Notes: generated from the sequence alone by a model not told the origin. A DNA stretch of 64,000 bases from Hyaloraphidium curvatum SAG 235-1 (GCA_025558095.1 JAIVFI010000004.1:248001-312000); one strand, 5' to 3'. Counted from the stretch's first letter, positions 46,889 through 59,346 are shown. Numbers and translations: made by a program.

Positions 46889-48760
46889 TCACGCGTGCAG
46901 CATCGCCGACTGCAGCACCACTCCGACCGTCTGCGCGCCGCCCCCGGGCCGGTACTTGGCGTCCACGTTCTGGCACAGCACGTGCAGCCTCGGATCCCTC
47001 CCCAGCCTGTCCACCAGCTCGTCGAACCTGACCCTGTGCGGATCCTCCGCCAGCGCGTCGACCACGGCCACGGTGCACATGCCCTGCGACCGGCGGCCCC
47101 CGAGGTTCATGTCCAGCCCGGGGCCGACGTTGCCGATCAGCGCCGTGCGCGGGGGCAGGTCCGAGGCAACGGCAAAGGTGAAGCAGCCGTCGAGGATGAC
47201 GAGCTTGCGGCAGCGCAGGTCGCCGAGCGCGGGGAGCATGGCCGAGGGCTTGAGGAGGCCGCCTTCGACGACGAGGCTGCCGTCTTCGGTGCCGTGGCCC
47301 GAGTAGTGCAGGACGAAGAGGTCGTCTTTGCCGAGCTGGCCTCCTTCCTGGGCGATGGCGGCGCGGATGGCCTTGGGCTTGGCTTCCCTGCCGAAGAGCT
47401 TGGTGGTGGTGAAGCCGCGCTTCTGCAGTGCGGAGCGCATGACGTCGAGGTCGTGCTCCGGGCCCTGGAGGTTCCCGCCCGAGTGGCCGACGAGCAGGGC
47501 GCGGCCGCGGCCGGGCTGCACGGCGACGGACAGGCGGAACTTTTCGTTGCCGCCCAGGGTGATGACGGAGCCGTCCTTGAGCGGGACGTGCTTGCCCGGC
47601 TGCGCTTTGGTGCCGTCGACCAGGGTCCCGTTGGACGAGTTGAGGTCGACGATGGAGAAGCCGTGCCTGCCCTTGGCATTCTCGGGCGGGTACAGGAGCG
47701 CGTGGTTCCTGCTGATGCGGATGTTGTCCGAAACCATGATGGCCAGCTGGGCGTCGCGGATGTTCCCCGACAGCGCGCGCGCGCCGTGGTCCTCGACGCC
47801 CTCGGACCTGCCGAGGTGCACGACGCAGTCGACGGTGAACTCGGGCCCGCGCGGGTTGCCCGACGAATCGAGCTGCCTGAGCTTGCCGACGGTCTCGCCG
47901 GCGCGGGCATGCACGGGCCGCGGCGGAGTCGGCGACACGGGCCTGCCCGAGCCGAAGGCGTCGAACAGCTTGCGCACCTCGGGGCTCGTGGCGACCTCCG
48001 CGGCGGTCCTGCCGGCCTTGTTCCTGCGCCTGACGTCGACGCGGTCCGTGCGCGAGAGCAGCAGCTTGACGGCGACGTCGTGGCCGTTGCGGCTGGCGAC
48101 CATCAGGCCGGTGTTGCCCTCGAGGTCGACTGCGTTAACGTCGACGCGCGAGCTGCCGAGCAGCAGCAGCAGCACGTTTGCTGCGTCGCCGTTGAGGCAG
48201 GCTGCGATGAAGCCGGTGTCGCCGGCTGCGGTGTGCACGTTGACGTTGACGCGGCGATCGGCCAGCAGCAGCGCGACGACCTCTGAGCGGCCGGTTGCGC
48301 ACGCGGCCACGAAGGGCGTGTAGCCGCCGTCGTCTGCCTTGTTTGCGTCCGCGCGGCCGTCGAGCAGCAGCGCGCCGGCGACGTCCCCGTGGCCCTCCTG
48401 CGCGGCGACGAACAATGCCGTGCGGCCGTCGGCGTCCGCCGCGTCTGCGTCGACGCGGCGATCGGCGAGCAGCGCGCGCGCGGCGTCCGCGGCGCCGAGG
48501 CTGCACGCGACGAGCAGCGGCGTGGCGCCGCCCGGCCCGGCCGCGTCGGGGTCGACGCGGCGATCGCCCAGCAAAACACGCACGGCGTCCGCGCTGCCGC
48601 CCATCGCCGCGTAGTGCAGCGGCGTCGCGCCGTCGCCGTCGCGCGCCGCGGGGTCGACGTCGGGCCGCGCGAGGAGCTCCCGCATCCGCGCCACATCGCC
48701 GCTCGCGCTCGCCTCGAACAGCTTGAGCGTCTTGGTCGGCTTGGACCCGTTGTTGCCCAT
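46889..48760 (-). CDS. Ankyrin repeat - FHA - caspase-like (peptidase C14) protein with N-myristoylation motif
   Basis: MGNNGS start; ~7-8 ankyrin repeats (GATPLHYAA, GRTALFVAA, GNTGLMVAS); FHA LGRS..ISRNHA..SSNGTLVDG; caspase RALLVG, HYSGHG, VILDGC; intronless. Confidence 0.88.
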   Translation of the reverse strand: MGNNGSKPTKTLKLFEASASGDVARMRELLARPDVDPAARDGDGATPLHYAAMGGSADAVRVLLGDRRVDPDAAGPGGATPLLVACSLGAADAARALLADRRVDADAADADGRTALFVAAQEGHGDVAGALLLDGRADANKADDGGYTPFVAACATGRSEVVALLLADRRVNVNVHTAAGDTGFIAACLNGDAANVLLLLLGSSRVDVNAVDLEGNTGLMVASRNGHDVAVKLLLSRTDRVDVRRRNKAGRTAAEVATSPEVRKLFDAFGSGRPVSPTPPRPVHARAGETVGKLRQLDSSGNPRGPEFTVDCVVHLGRSEGVEDHGARALSGNIRDAQLAIMVSDNIRISRNHALLYPPENAKGRHGFSIVDLNSSNGTLVDGTKAQPGKHVPLKDGSVITLGGNEKFRLSVAVQPGRGRALLVGHSGGNLQGPEHDLDVMRSALQKRGFTTTKLFGREAKPKAIRAAIAQEGGQLGKDDLFVLHYSGHGTEDGSLVVEGGLLKPSAMLPALGDLRCRKLVILDGCFTFAVASDLPPRTALIGNVGPGLDMNLGGRRSQGMCTVAVVDALAEDPHRVRFDELVDRLGRDPRLHVLCQNVDAKYRPGGGAQTVGVVLQSAMLHA

Positions 48761-49065
48761 CGCGGTTTGCTGATGACTGATTGCGAGCACCGACGATGAG
48801 GACGACGTCGAGGCGGTGAGACTGATCGCGATCGCGGGGAAACTCCAGCACCCACCGCCTTCCGCCGATCTCGACGTAGAGGCACTCGAGGCAAGACCTA
48901 TGAAGGAGCAGTTCACTCTCTTTCGCGTTCGCGTTATCACTCGCAGCAGTGGCGGCGGGTCCAGACCGTCTCCCAGCCGCAATCGCGATCGATGCCTTGA
49001 CTGACTGACTGACTTTGCCCTGACTTTACCCACGACCGTTGCGGAGCACATCCGGCCCGCCAGAC

Positions 49066-52000
49066 ATGGACGGCCGCGGGTACGGCTTGGACGGTTCGGT
49101 AGCCGTGCCGATGTCCGACCTGGACTGGACGTCGAACCCGCTCGCCGCGCCGTTCGCCCCCGTGGCGCCGCGCGGCACCCCGTTGGCCGCGGACGGCCCC
49201 GGGGCCGGGAGCCCCGCCCCGGCGCTGGCGGCGTACGCTCCCGTGCCGCCCCGCGAGCCCCGGCGCTACGCGCCCATCACGGATTTCCCCAAGCGCTCCG
49301 TGACCACGAAGAAGATCCCGCTCACCGAGAAGGGCAACCTCCAGAGTGAGTGCTCCCCGGCGCGGCCCCGGCCCCGCAGAAGCGGGATTGGCATCGAGCG
49401 TAATGCTCAACCGCGTGCCAAGTCGACCTTCCGGTGCCGACCGACGTCCTCAACTACGTCAGCATGGACCCAAGCAAGGAGTTCACGCACATGCGGTACA
49501 CGGCCGTGACATGCGATCCCAACGACTTCGATCACAAGGGGTACACACTGAGGCCCGTTACTTACGAGCGAAAAACGGAACTGTTCATCGTCGTAACCAT
49601 GTGGGTACCGCAGGCATAGAAGCGGCGCGCCCGGAGAAGCTGCACGCTGATCTTGATGCTCGCTCGCCGCCACCAAGGTACAACGAGGCTCCACAACTCT
49701 TCATCAATACGATGGTAATGGCGTTTGCCGTCCCACTGGTGTGAGGCGGCTCACGTCGATCGTCGCAGCACGCCATAACTACCAACGTCAAAAACTTCAT
49801 GGCCCGAGAGAGCTCCCAGACCTGGGGCGAGGACGCGTGGCAGAAGATCGTGATCTGCGTGGTGGCAGACGGTGCCGATTACATCCACACCAGAACGCGG
49901 GACCTGCTTGCCCTCATGGGCTGCTACCAAGACGGCGTGATGAAGACAAAGTTCGGGGACGAGGACGTCACGGGCCATTTGTTCGAGTACACGACGCAGG
50001 TGGACCTGGATCGGAACGGGAACGAGCTCATTTGCAATTCTGGACCGCCGGTGCAGATGATGTTCCTCATCAAGGTTGGCGCCCGGACGCGGGTCATCGT
50101 CGAGAGTGCGCTCACCTCTCCAACAGCAACAGAACACCAAGAAGATAAATTCGCATCGCTGGTTCTTCAATGCTTTCTGCCCCGTCTTGAATCCCAAAGT
50201 CACCATGCTCATCGACGTTGGCACACGCCCGCTGGATACGTCGCTCTATTACCTCTGGAAGGTCTTCGACAGGCATCCCAATGTTGGCGGCGCCTGCGGG
50301 GAGATTCGGGCCGATATTGGCACTGGGTGGTACAAGTGCTTCACCAACTGGTTGGTTGCGGTTCAGAACTTTGAATGTGCGTCCTGCGAGCGCCCGATTT
50401 ACATCCGGGCACTACTGATCGCACTGATCAACAGACAAGATGTCCAACATCCTGGACAAGCCGCTCGAATCCTCTTTCGGCTACATCTCCGTGCTCCCCG
50501 GCGCGTTCTCGGCCTACCGGTACGAGGCGCTGAAGTCCCTTGATGACGGCACCGGACCGCTCGCATCCTACTTCCTGGGCGAAGACATGCATTCGGGAAA
50601 GGTTGAGGGCGGCGTTTTCAAGAACAAGTGGGTCCGCCACCCCATGCTCACCAACCCGCTCTCATGCCTGATTGTCCCCGCCACGCCTTAGCATGTACCT
50701 TGCCGAGGATCGCATCTTGTGCTTCGAACTCGTCGCCAAACGCGGTCAATCCTGGACGCTCCGCTACGAGCGCCGTGCCGCAGGCGTAACCGACGTGATC
50801 GAAGAGATACCGGAGCTGCTGAAGCAACGCCGGCGGTGGCTCAATGGGTCCAACTTCGCGGCGTTCTACGCGTTGCTGAATTGGGGAAGGATTTGGAAGT
50901 CGAGCCACTCGACCGGGAGGAAGATCGTTTTCATGCTTGAATGGGTATACCAGCTTCTGGTGATGCTTTTCAGCTGGTTCTCGATTGTAGGGCAGCTCAT
51001 CCGTCACATGCGGCACCTTTCGTTGACTGACGAGTTTGCCGCAGGCAAACTTCTTTCTGGCTTTCTACTTCCTCATGGAAGCAACGGTTCCTCAAACCCT
51101 TTCTACGCCCGGTGGCACCCTCCAGGGCGCGTATCGACCGCCCTTCTACGAAGGCTCGGAGGTCGTCTTCCAAGTCTTTACGTGGATCTACGTGCTGCTC
51201 ATGCTCGTGCAGCTTATCATCTCGCTCGGTAACAGCCCGAACGGCTCAGTGAACGTGTACCGGTTCCTTGTCATTCCCCTCTGGGTGCTCATCATGGCAA
51301 TCATCCTGGCTCTCATCGGCAGCAACCTGTACTTTGTTTTCAGCACGGTTGCTCAGCCGGGCGTCAATGTCGGGCAGCTGCTGCTGAGCGTGGGTCATCT
51401 GCTCGCCGTCGTATGTCTTGGACCCCAAGATCTGACTTTCTGTCGCACCAGAGCCCGAACTTCCAGGCCACCATCCTGGGTCTGGGTTGCACCTTCGGCC
51501 TGTGGATCCTCGCTTCGATCCTATTCCTGGACCCGTGGCACATGGTGACATGCTTCCTGCAGTATCTCCTGCTAATGCCATTTTGGGTGAATGTGCTGCA
51601 GACCTACGCCATGTGCAACACGAACGGTCAGTCTGGAATCGTGGATCCGGTGGATCCGCAGGCACATGGCTGATGCATCCACGAACCAGACGTTTCCTGG
51701 GGCACAAAAGGTGACACTGAAGCTCCCAAGCACGACGCTGACAATGCTGTGAAGCTCACAGGGCCTGCTGACGGCCGTGAGGCGGAATTTAGTGTGCCGG
51801 ATGCAAGCAAGAAAGACGAGGCCAATGCTATCTACCGGGCTCTGTTGGCGGAAAGCCAGACTCTGAACGATAAAGATAGGAAGGACGAGTCTCCCGAGGG
51901 CAAAGAGAAGGAGGCGAAGAAGAAGGCTGAGGCCGAGAAGAAAGCCAAGGAGGAATATGCAAAGGCGGGTGTTTGCCTCGGATCCTCCACGGAAAGCACG

Positions 52001-52307
52001 CCAACCTTGCCGACGACAGATGTTCCGCACGAATGTCGTCCTATGCTGGGTTTTTTCGAACCTAGCACTCATCGTCGTGCTCACGAACCCGAGGATCAAG
52101 CAGCTCATGACGGTTCCCCCACCGGTAGAGAACCCCAACCTCATGGGTTTCTCGGGCTACCTCGACTTTCTCTTCTGGTCCACTCTTTTCTTCTCGCTCG
52201 TGAAGTTTCTGGGGGCCATGTGGTACCTGTGCGCCCAACAGTGGTTTGACCGCAAGGATGAGGATGCCAAAATCGAGAATGCGCTCGCCCAGAGGCCAAA
52301 CTTTTAG
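49066..52307 (+). CDS. CHS: Chitin synthase (division 1 type, no myosin motor domain)
   Basis: [72 protein letters not shown]; multiple introns and TM segments. Confidence 0.95.
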
Positions 52308-52487
52308 GCTTGTAATGTACAGCACGGCTGTGCCTCCTTCGTGTACGCAATGGACTCGGCGTCGTCGTCGTCTGATAAATGGATGGTTCTGGTCTTTGAG
52401 GAGAGAAGCCAAGATCCACATCACTCATCCGTACACTTTTGCATGCAACCTCCCCCCAAAAAAAGGCAAGACCCGCTGTGAACCGGC

Positions 52488-55400
52488 TCACGCAGACTCC
52501 GGCTCCCGCTCGTCCTCGAGCGAGAACGGCTCGGCGCACCAAAGCTCCCCTTCCTGCGACGGCGTCGCGTCGCCCGCGGCCGGATCGCTCCCCTCGAGGC
52601 CGGTCTCGTCCCCCTCCACGCCCTCGACCCCCTCCTCGCCAAACACCTCGTCCCACTCGTCGCGCAGTGAGCCTCCATCCAGCCCACGGGATCTCGTCTC
52701 GGTGTTGGCACGGGTCACGGGCCTCCTCTCGGCCTCGGCCCGCCCGGCTGCGCTGCGCCGCAGCTCCTCGAGCTCCCGCCTCAGGTCCTCCAGCTGCTCC
52801 AGCCCGTGCGCGGCCGCAAATGCGTCCGGATCCTCGGCCAGCGATCCCGTCGATGCAGCAGGGCGGAACCGGCCCGTCACGCCGACTGCCGCGCGGCGGT
52901 GCTCTGCGAGCCGGCCAGCGACGGCGGCGTACCGCGCGCGGTAATGCCTCGAGACCACTGCCTCCCGTTCGAGCCTCCGCTCGAGCTCTTCGCAGCGCAG
53001 CTCGGACCTGCGCAGCTCGGCTGCCAGCCTGGCAATCTCGGCAGCCGATGCCACAGCCGACGCCGCGGCGGCAGCAACCGCACCCGGGTCCGCGGTCCTG
53101 GGCGCAGGGGGAGCCTGCGCATGCAGCAGTTGGTGCTGCTGCTCCAGCACCCGCGCCTGCAGCCGGGCCATCTCGCGCTCGCACCGCCTCCTCCCCTCCT
53201 CCGCCTCCTCCCTCTCCCTCTCGGCCCGCCTCACGCGCTCCTCGGCTGCCTCGAGCCTCGCCCGCTCGAGCTGAGCCGCGTGCGCCCGCGTCTCGTCCCA
53301 CCGCCGCGCGCGCTCGTCCCACTCGCGCTCCTGCCGCTCGCGCTCCCGCTCCAGGTCCACGAGAACGCGCTGCGCCTCGTCCTCGGCGCGGCGGACGGCG
53401 CGCTCCCGGTCCTGGAGCTGCGTGTGGAGCGCCTCGGCCTCGGCCAGGCGGCGCATGCGGCGCTCGATCGCGCGGGCAGCCTCGCCGGATGTGGTCCGCG
53501 GCCGCGGGAGCGGCGGAGGCGCGTGCATCCTCGCCTCCTCCGCGGGAGCGACGTCGACCTGCGGCGCCGGTGCAGCCACCAGCTCGCCGGCCGACGCCCG
53601 CTCCTCGCCCTCGGTCCCTGTCGCCTCGTCCTTCCTCCCGCGCCTCCCTTTCCTCTCAACGTGCCTGGCGACCCCGTGGCCGACAGACACCTCCTCCGCC
53701 TCGTGGTGGCTTGCACGCGCAGGGGCATGCGCATGCCCTTCGTCCCTCGGTTCCGCGACCGGCCCGAAGTCGTCCACTCCGATCGCGACCCTGGCTTCGC
53801 CGCCTCCGACGGCAACCCAGGCGTCCCAAACTCTGCTCCTGACCTCCTTACCTTCCACCGTCCTCGCCACCCAACCCTTAGACATCACTTCCGCTCGCAC
53901 CGTTGCAGTCCCCAGCGGTCTCCCTCCGACGGAGGCCTCGATCTCGAGGGGCAGCGAGAGCAGGGATTCTAGGCGTGCGGGAGGGAGCTCCCTTGCCGCC
54001 GGGTGGCGCGAGGCGGGGAGGTCCGCGGCACCGTCAGGGCCGGCTGTCGCGGCGGCTTCTCGCGGCGGGAGGAGGGGATGCCGCGCGGTGAGGGTGACGG
54101 AAGTGCAGGGGGTGAAGTGGCGCAGGGAACGGAGATCCAGCGTCAGGCGGTACCGGTGCGGTGCGGCGTCAGTGGGAGGGGGCGGCGTGGGCGCACGCTC
54201 GGCCGGGGTCGGCGGGTCACTGTCAAGGAAGGAAAAGAAGCGCCGCGGCCGGGATTCGAGGGAGATGGAGACCTCGACTGATGCCGGGCCCAGCGGGTAC
54301 GTGCCCCGGAGCTCGGCGCGCCCGCCGCCCGAGGGGTCCAGCCGAGATGCGAGGGCATCGCCGGCGGGGACGGTGGCCTCTGCGATGCTCAAGGAAGACC
54401 GATCTGCGCGCCGGAGATGCACAGCAAGCGGGCCTAGGCCCGCTGGGAGCCACGCGAGGAGAGCTGCGGGCGAGGCACGCAGCCTGACAGTGGCATGCTC
54501 GGGAGGGAAAGGTGCGGTCGCATGGGAGCCGGTTCGGGGCAGCGGAAATACGTTCGTGCGCACCACGGTGCCCAGCAGATCGATGGAGAGCGAGTAGGCA
54601 TTGGGCTGGGAAAAGTCCGTGGGATCGGCGACCAGCCTCTGCAAGCCGCGGGCAGAGAGAATACCGATGCGCAAGGTGTACTCGATACGGTCCTCGGGAG
54701 AAGAGAGCGCCGGATGGCCGGGCGGTGGGATGAGCTCGTAGACCCCGTCATCCGCGGCCAGCACGGTGAAGGGCAGCTCCGCGGGCCGGGTGTGTTGTGC
54801 CCGCGGCGGCGAGGTCTGCGGGCGCTGCGCAGCTCTGCGGGGAGGGGAGCGCCCGACGGGCGCAGGGGGCGGCAGGGGGGGGAGCGTCGTCGGCCGAGCT
54901 CCGGCTGCCGACCGGGGTGCGTCCCACCAGGCCGGCGGGGGCTGCGGGGATCTGTCGGCGCCACGGGTCGCCACCGCAGCAGCCGCCTCTGTCACGGAGC
55001 CCGCCACGGCGTCTCCGAGCACGCCGACGCCGAAAGCGAGCCGCACTTCCGGGCGGCCCCACTCGGAACGCGCGGCGCCGGCCAGCGGCACCCAGCGCTC
55101 GGGCGGCGGGAAGTTGGGGCTCCCGCGCAGGTCGAGCACCACGTGGCCGACGTGCACCGCCGCGCGCGTCCTCGGGTCGACCAGCTGGAAGCTCAGCTTG
55201 AGCCCGGCGCGGTGCGTGCGCAGGTAGTGGAGGATCTGCAGCCCGCGAAGAGAAACAGTATCAGACCAATTAGAGGACTATCTGTACTCTAGTTGCAGCG
55301 ACGCACCTTGCCGTCGACGTCCCACGCCATCTCGGTGTCCCACACCGGCGCGCCGTCGTCGCACGCCGCGAAGCCCGACTGCAGGGCATCGTCGCCGAAC

Positions 55401-55534
55401 GCGCAGCGCACCTGCGCGCGTGCGCCCGCGCCCAGCCGCGGGAAATTGCGCGCCTCGAACACCGTCACGAGCACAGTGTGCCGCGCGAGCGACCGAGCGG
55501 TGGCCGCGCCCGTCGGGGCGGCGGTGGTCGCCAT
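52488..55534 (-). CDS. CEP120: CEP120-like centriolar protein (C2 domains + coiled coil)
   Basis: N-terminal C2 VLVTVFEARNFP..PVWDTEMAW..LKLSF..VGHVVLDLR; further C2-like blocks (RYRLTLDLRSLR); C-terminal coiled coil. Confidence 0.7.
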
Positions 55535-55723
55535 GGGTCCGGTGCGGCGGGCCCAAGCCTGCCCCCAATCGACAACGGCCGCGCTCTGGCAGTCGTCTAA
55601 AATGCTGCTGAGCGCAGCAAGGCCGCGTAGGGCCCGGTAGGCCCGGGAATCACGGAGAAATTCAGAGCAAACAGGTGTGACAGGTGAGATTGGCGGGTCC
55701 CCGGATCTCCGCCCGCATTGCCT

Positions 55724-56872
55724 CTACAAAACCGCTGCTACACCTTCCCGGGCCACGTCGACCGTAGCATGCTCCACCGGCACCGTCGCATGAGCAGCCA
55801 GCGCCTTGGCCAGGGCATCCTGAGGCACCGTTCTCACGATCGCCTTTCCCAGGCCGTCGAGGAGCACGAACTTGGGCACGCCCGCGGTGCTCTTCTTGTC
55901 CGTGCTCATCAGCTCCAACCACTTGGCCAGGGACCACGCGGGCGCCCGCACCGGCAGCCCGGCGGCGGAGATGGCCGCACGAAGCCGGGAGAAGGCTGCG
56001 CGGTCGAGCAACCCCAGCACGACAGAAAGCTCGGCGGCCAACACCATGCCAGCGCCGACGGCCTCGCCGTGCAGCCACTCCCCGTAGCCTATGCCGGCCT
56101 CGATGGCGTGGCCGAAGGTGTGGCCAAAGTTGAGGATCGCGCGCAGGCCGCCCTCGCGCTCGTCGAGGCTCACGACCTCGGCCTTGATCTCGCAAGACCG
56201 GGCGACGGCCTTGGCGAGGGCGGGAACGTCGCCAGCTCGCAGCGCAGGCATGTCCGCTTCAACGGCAGCCAGGTACGCCGTGTCGCGGATCGCGCCGTGC
56301 TTGACAATCTCGGCAAGGCCGGCGGAAATCTCCCTGGGCGGCAGCGTGGAAAGAAGTCCGAGGTCCGCAATCACCGCCTGCGGCTGGTAGAAGCTCCCGA
56401 TCATGTTCTTCCCCGCAGGATGGTTGATGCCCGTCTTGCCGCCGACCGACGAGTCCACCATAGCCAGGAGCGTCGTCGGCACCTGGACGAAATCGATCCC
56501 ACGCTGGTATACCGCGGCCGCGAACCCTGCCATGTCGCCGACGACTCCGCCTCCTAAAGCGACCACGAGCGCGCCGCGGTCGAACCGGGCCTCGAGCATC
56601 GCGTCGAACGCCGCCGACAGAGTTTCCCAGTCTTTGTGAGCCTCTCCGTCGCGAAAGGCGACCTCGATCACCTGCTTGGCCCCCTGCACGGCCTGCCGCG
56701 CTCGCGCCGCGTACAGCGGGCCGACGACATCGTTCGTGATGATCGCGACCTGGCGGCCCGCGGCGAGGCGAGAGAGGGTGCCGCCGGGTGCGAGCAGGCC
56801 GGATCCGATCTCGATGCCGTAGGCGCGGTCGCCCAGCTCGACGCGGACGGTGTGCAGCGGAGCGGAGGCCAT
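55724..56872 (-). CDS. aroB: Stand-alone 3-dehydroquinate synthase, bacterial type
   Basis: [69 protein letters not shown]; intronless; not fused to other AROM domains. Confidence 0.95.
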   Translation of the reverse strand: MASAPLHTVRVELGDRAYGIEIGSGLLAPGGTLSRLAAGRQVAIITNDVVGPLYAARARQAVQGAKQVIEVAFRDGEAHKDWETLSAAFDAMLEARFDRGALVVALGGGVVGDMAGFAAAVYQRGIDFVQVPTTLLAMVDSSVGGKTGINHPAGKNMIGSFYQPQAVIADLGLLSTLPPREISAGLAEIVKHGAIRDTAYLAAVEADMPALRAGDVPALAKAVARSCEIKAEVVSLDEREGGLRAILNFGHTFGHAIEAGIGYGEWLHGEAVGAGMVLAAELSVVLGLLDRAAFSRLRAAISAAGLPVRAPAWSLAKWLELMSTDKKSTAGVPKFVLLDGLGKAIVRTVPQDALAKALAAHATVPVEHATVDVAREGVAAVL

Positions 56873-57336
56873 TGAAGAGGAATGGAGATGGCCGCCGCCT
56901 CTTTCTGGTCGGAGTAAACAAGCCGAAGCGATCGCGTCGGTCATCCGGACGCTGGCCTGCACTGCCTCCCCCGAAACTTATAGTGCGCCCGGCTCCTCGC
57001 CCCTCCCAATTTCAATACCAGCAAGTCATCTGGAATGTCAGTAGATGATCTAGAGAAGTGGACGTCGCATCATGCTTGTCGGGAGCAAGTGGAACGAAGG
57101 GCGCTGGAGAGGACGTTTCCATTTCAGCCCAGCCCCAGGGCCGTTGCGCCTATGCGAGCAATGCAGCTTCTCGATATCTTTCCAAGGGTCTGACATTTTC
57201 GGAGATTTAGGAGCGAGGTTGATTTTGACGCATCCGTCCTTGGGGCTCCCATGTCCAGCCAGGTCCGATGGACCCGCAATCGAATCGCCTTCGCGCGCTC
57301 CGTGGCGCGCCTGACTCCTGGCCTCATCCCGACACG

Positions 57337-59346
57337 ATGCGGCTCCACGTTTCAGCGGTCGTCATTCTGGCCCTAGTGGCCGGTCTGACGGCCGCGCAGT
57401 TCGCGCACGCATTCCCCGCGGGCCAGGCAGAGCCCGAACCATTCGCGGTCCCCGGCGCTCAGGACGCCGCAAGCGCCGGGCCACCCATGATCCGACTCGG
57501 TCGGTGGTCGAGCAACCTTTGTTAGTTTGGGCCCCTGACCGACACACGGCGTCGATTCATTCCCCATCAGAGCGCCGCGAAGTAGTCCAGGCGGAGGACC
57601 CTCGCTGGTGGGCAATCTTTGCGTACATTCGGATCCTCCACGAGAAACTTTCGGATGCGAAGAGGTGCTTCCGTGGGTTTCTGGCCGTCCGCTCCATTCC
57701 CTGGGCCGTCGACGCTGAGGCTTTTGCCTGTTTCAGTATACGGTAGCTTTGTGCTCGAGTACAACCCAACGGCGGGCGTTTTCCCGTACATTCTCGGCGC
57801 TATGGGCCAGGTCAATGATACAAGGACGAATGAGGGCGCGACTGTGCGATCGTTGTCGCGACTGCCCTCCCGACCTAACCCGTTCGTTCGTTGGCAGCAC
57901 AACTTTCTATCCAACCCCAAATACTTCGACCAAATGCGGATGTGCCACCTGTTCAAGTCCAAGACTCCCTGCTCAGGCAACTACGGCTGTCCCATTATGG
58001 AAAAGGCACCAGGTTGGTGGTGATCGTGAAACGCCGCAGTTTGCTGACGACATCCCCCCTCCAGATGGAACCTTTCATGCGAAGCAGTACCAGCTGACAT
58101 TTCAGAAGAAGCTGAAGTTCCTGTGCAAGAAGGAGTGCTCCGCAATGTCGAAAGATCTGCGGAAAGTTCGTGGCCCTTTCAATGTCACAACGAGCGCACC
58201 TGACCAGGGCCGGTCCGCAGGTCTCGTCTGCTTGCCCAAAGACGGAGAAGGAGCCAAAGGGGACAATGATGTACTACCTCTTTTGCGTTACAGACCCCAG
58301 TACGAAGCGTTCAAGGCATTACGTCTTCTTAAAGCTAGGTACGAAGGCAACCCGGTGCACCGTAAGATTTTGCTCAAAGAGCCGCATCCATCGCAGAGGG
58401 ATACACGACAAGCCTAAGGAGCCCGGGGCAGACTGCTTTGCACGGGTGGCAATGGCTGGCGAGGCACAATGTTTGACTTCCGCCTTGAAGCCCACTGCCG
58501 TGCTTGCTCAGATCCATCCTTTCCAGCCCATGATCCCAAGCTCGAAGACCAAAGCGTACCTGTTCAGGCGAGAAGACGCAATTGAGGACCTGGTGAAGAA
58601 GTTCGAGAATGAGGCGAAAAAGACCTTGAAAAGCGTGGAGAGCGGAACCAGCGGCGAGACTGACGAGAGTGATGAGAATGGCGAGGACGTCAACGAAGAG
58701 AACGCCGACAACGGCGAGGCCGTCGAAGTTGCATCGTTCCGAAGGCTCTTGAGCCGAGGAGCAAAGTACAAGAAACCGGAAGGGATAGTCAAGATCGTCA
58801 ATGCTGTGGGGGGATGGAAAGGGCAAACCAGCGCTGCAAGCTCGATAGACGACGACTTCGACGACGAGCTGCTTTCAGAAGACGACATGTGGGACGAGGA
58901 TCTTCGGCATCGGCCACGCAGCTTTCTGACTCCATGTTGGCAGCCCGCTCGAGTTCCCAGATGGACAAAAGCCCGCGAATCTTGAGGCAGCTGTGCAACT
59001 CTACAGACAGCTAATGGCTTTGTTCGGCAAGGATGACCTCAAGGCATTCAGCCGCCTGGTTACAGACCGGACCCGCAAACAGAAGATGACGGAGGCGTTC
59101 AACTTCTACCAGGCCAACGTCCGAGTTGGCCTGGAGATGTGGATTCCGGTTGACGTCACAGAGGCCATTGCCCGCGAGGCCATGACAACGATCCCTGGCG
59201 GCGAGCAGACGATCAAGCGGCACATTGATTGCCAATTCAAGCTGAAGGAGCTATTCAACAGCATAAAGAAGTCGAAGCCGAGCAAGAACCAGGTCCTGAT
59301 GCTGCCGCCCGATTGCGACGGCCTCAAGCTTCCGAGCGAGGTGTGA
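57337..59346 (+). CDS. Putative secreted multi-exon orphan protein
   Basis: Signal peptide MRLHVSAVVILALVAGLTAAQFAHA, propeptide ending LERR after splicing, Cys-containing exons; exon chain approximate. Confidence 0.55.

Noticed and set aside
43945-48760. Bacterial contamination as the explanation for the intronless SIR2, caspase and aroB genes
   Set aside because: They are interleaved with spliced genes, carry eukaryote-style additions (myristoylation motif, Zn-finger tail), show no operon layout, and aroB has a locally decayed duplicate. Long-read confirmation is still desirable.
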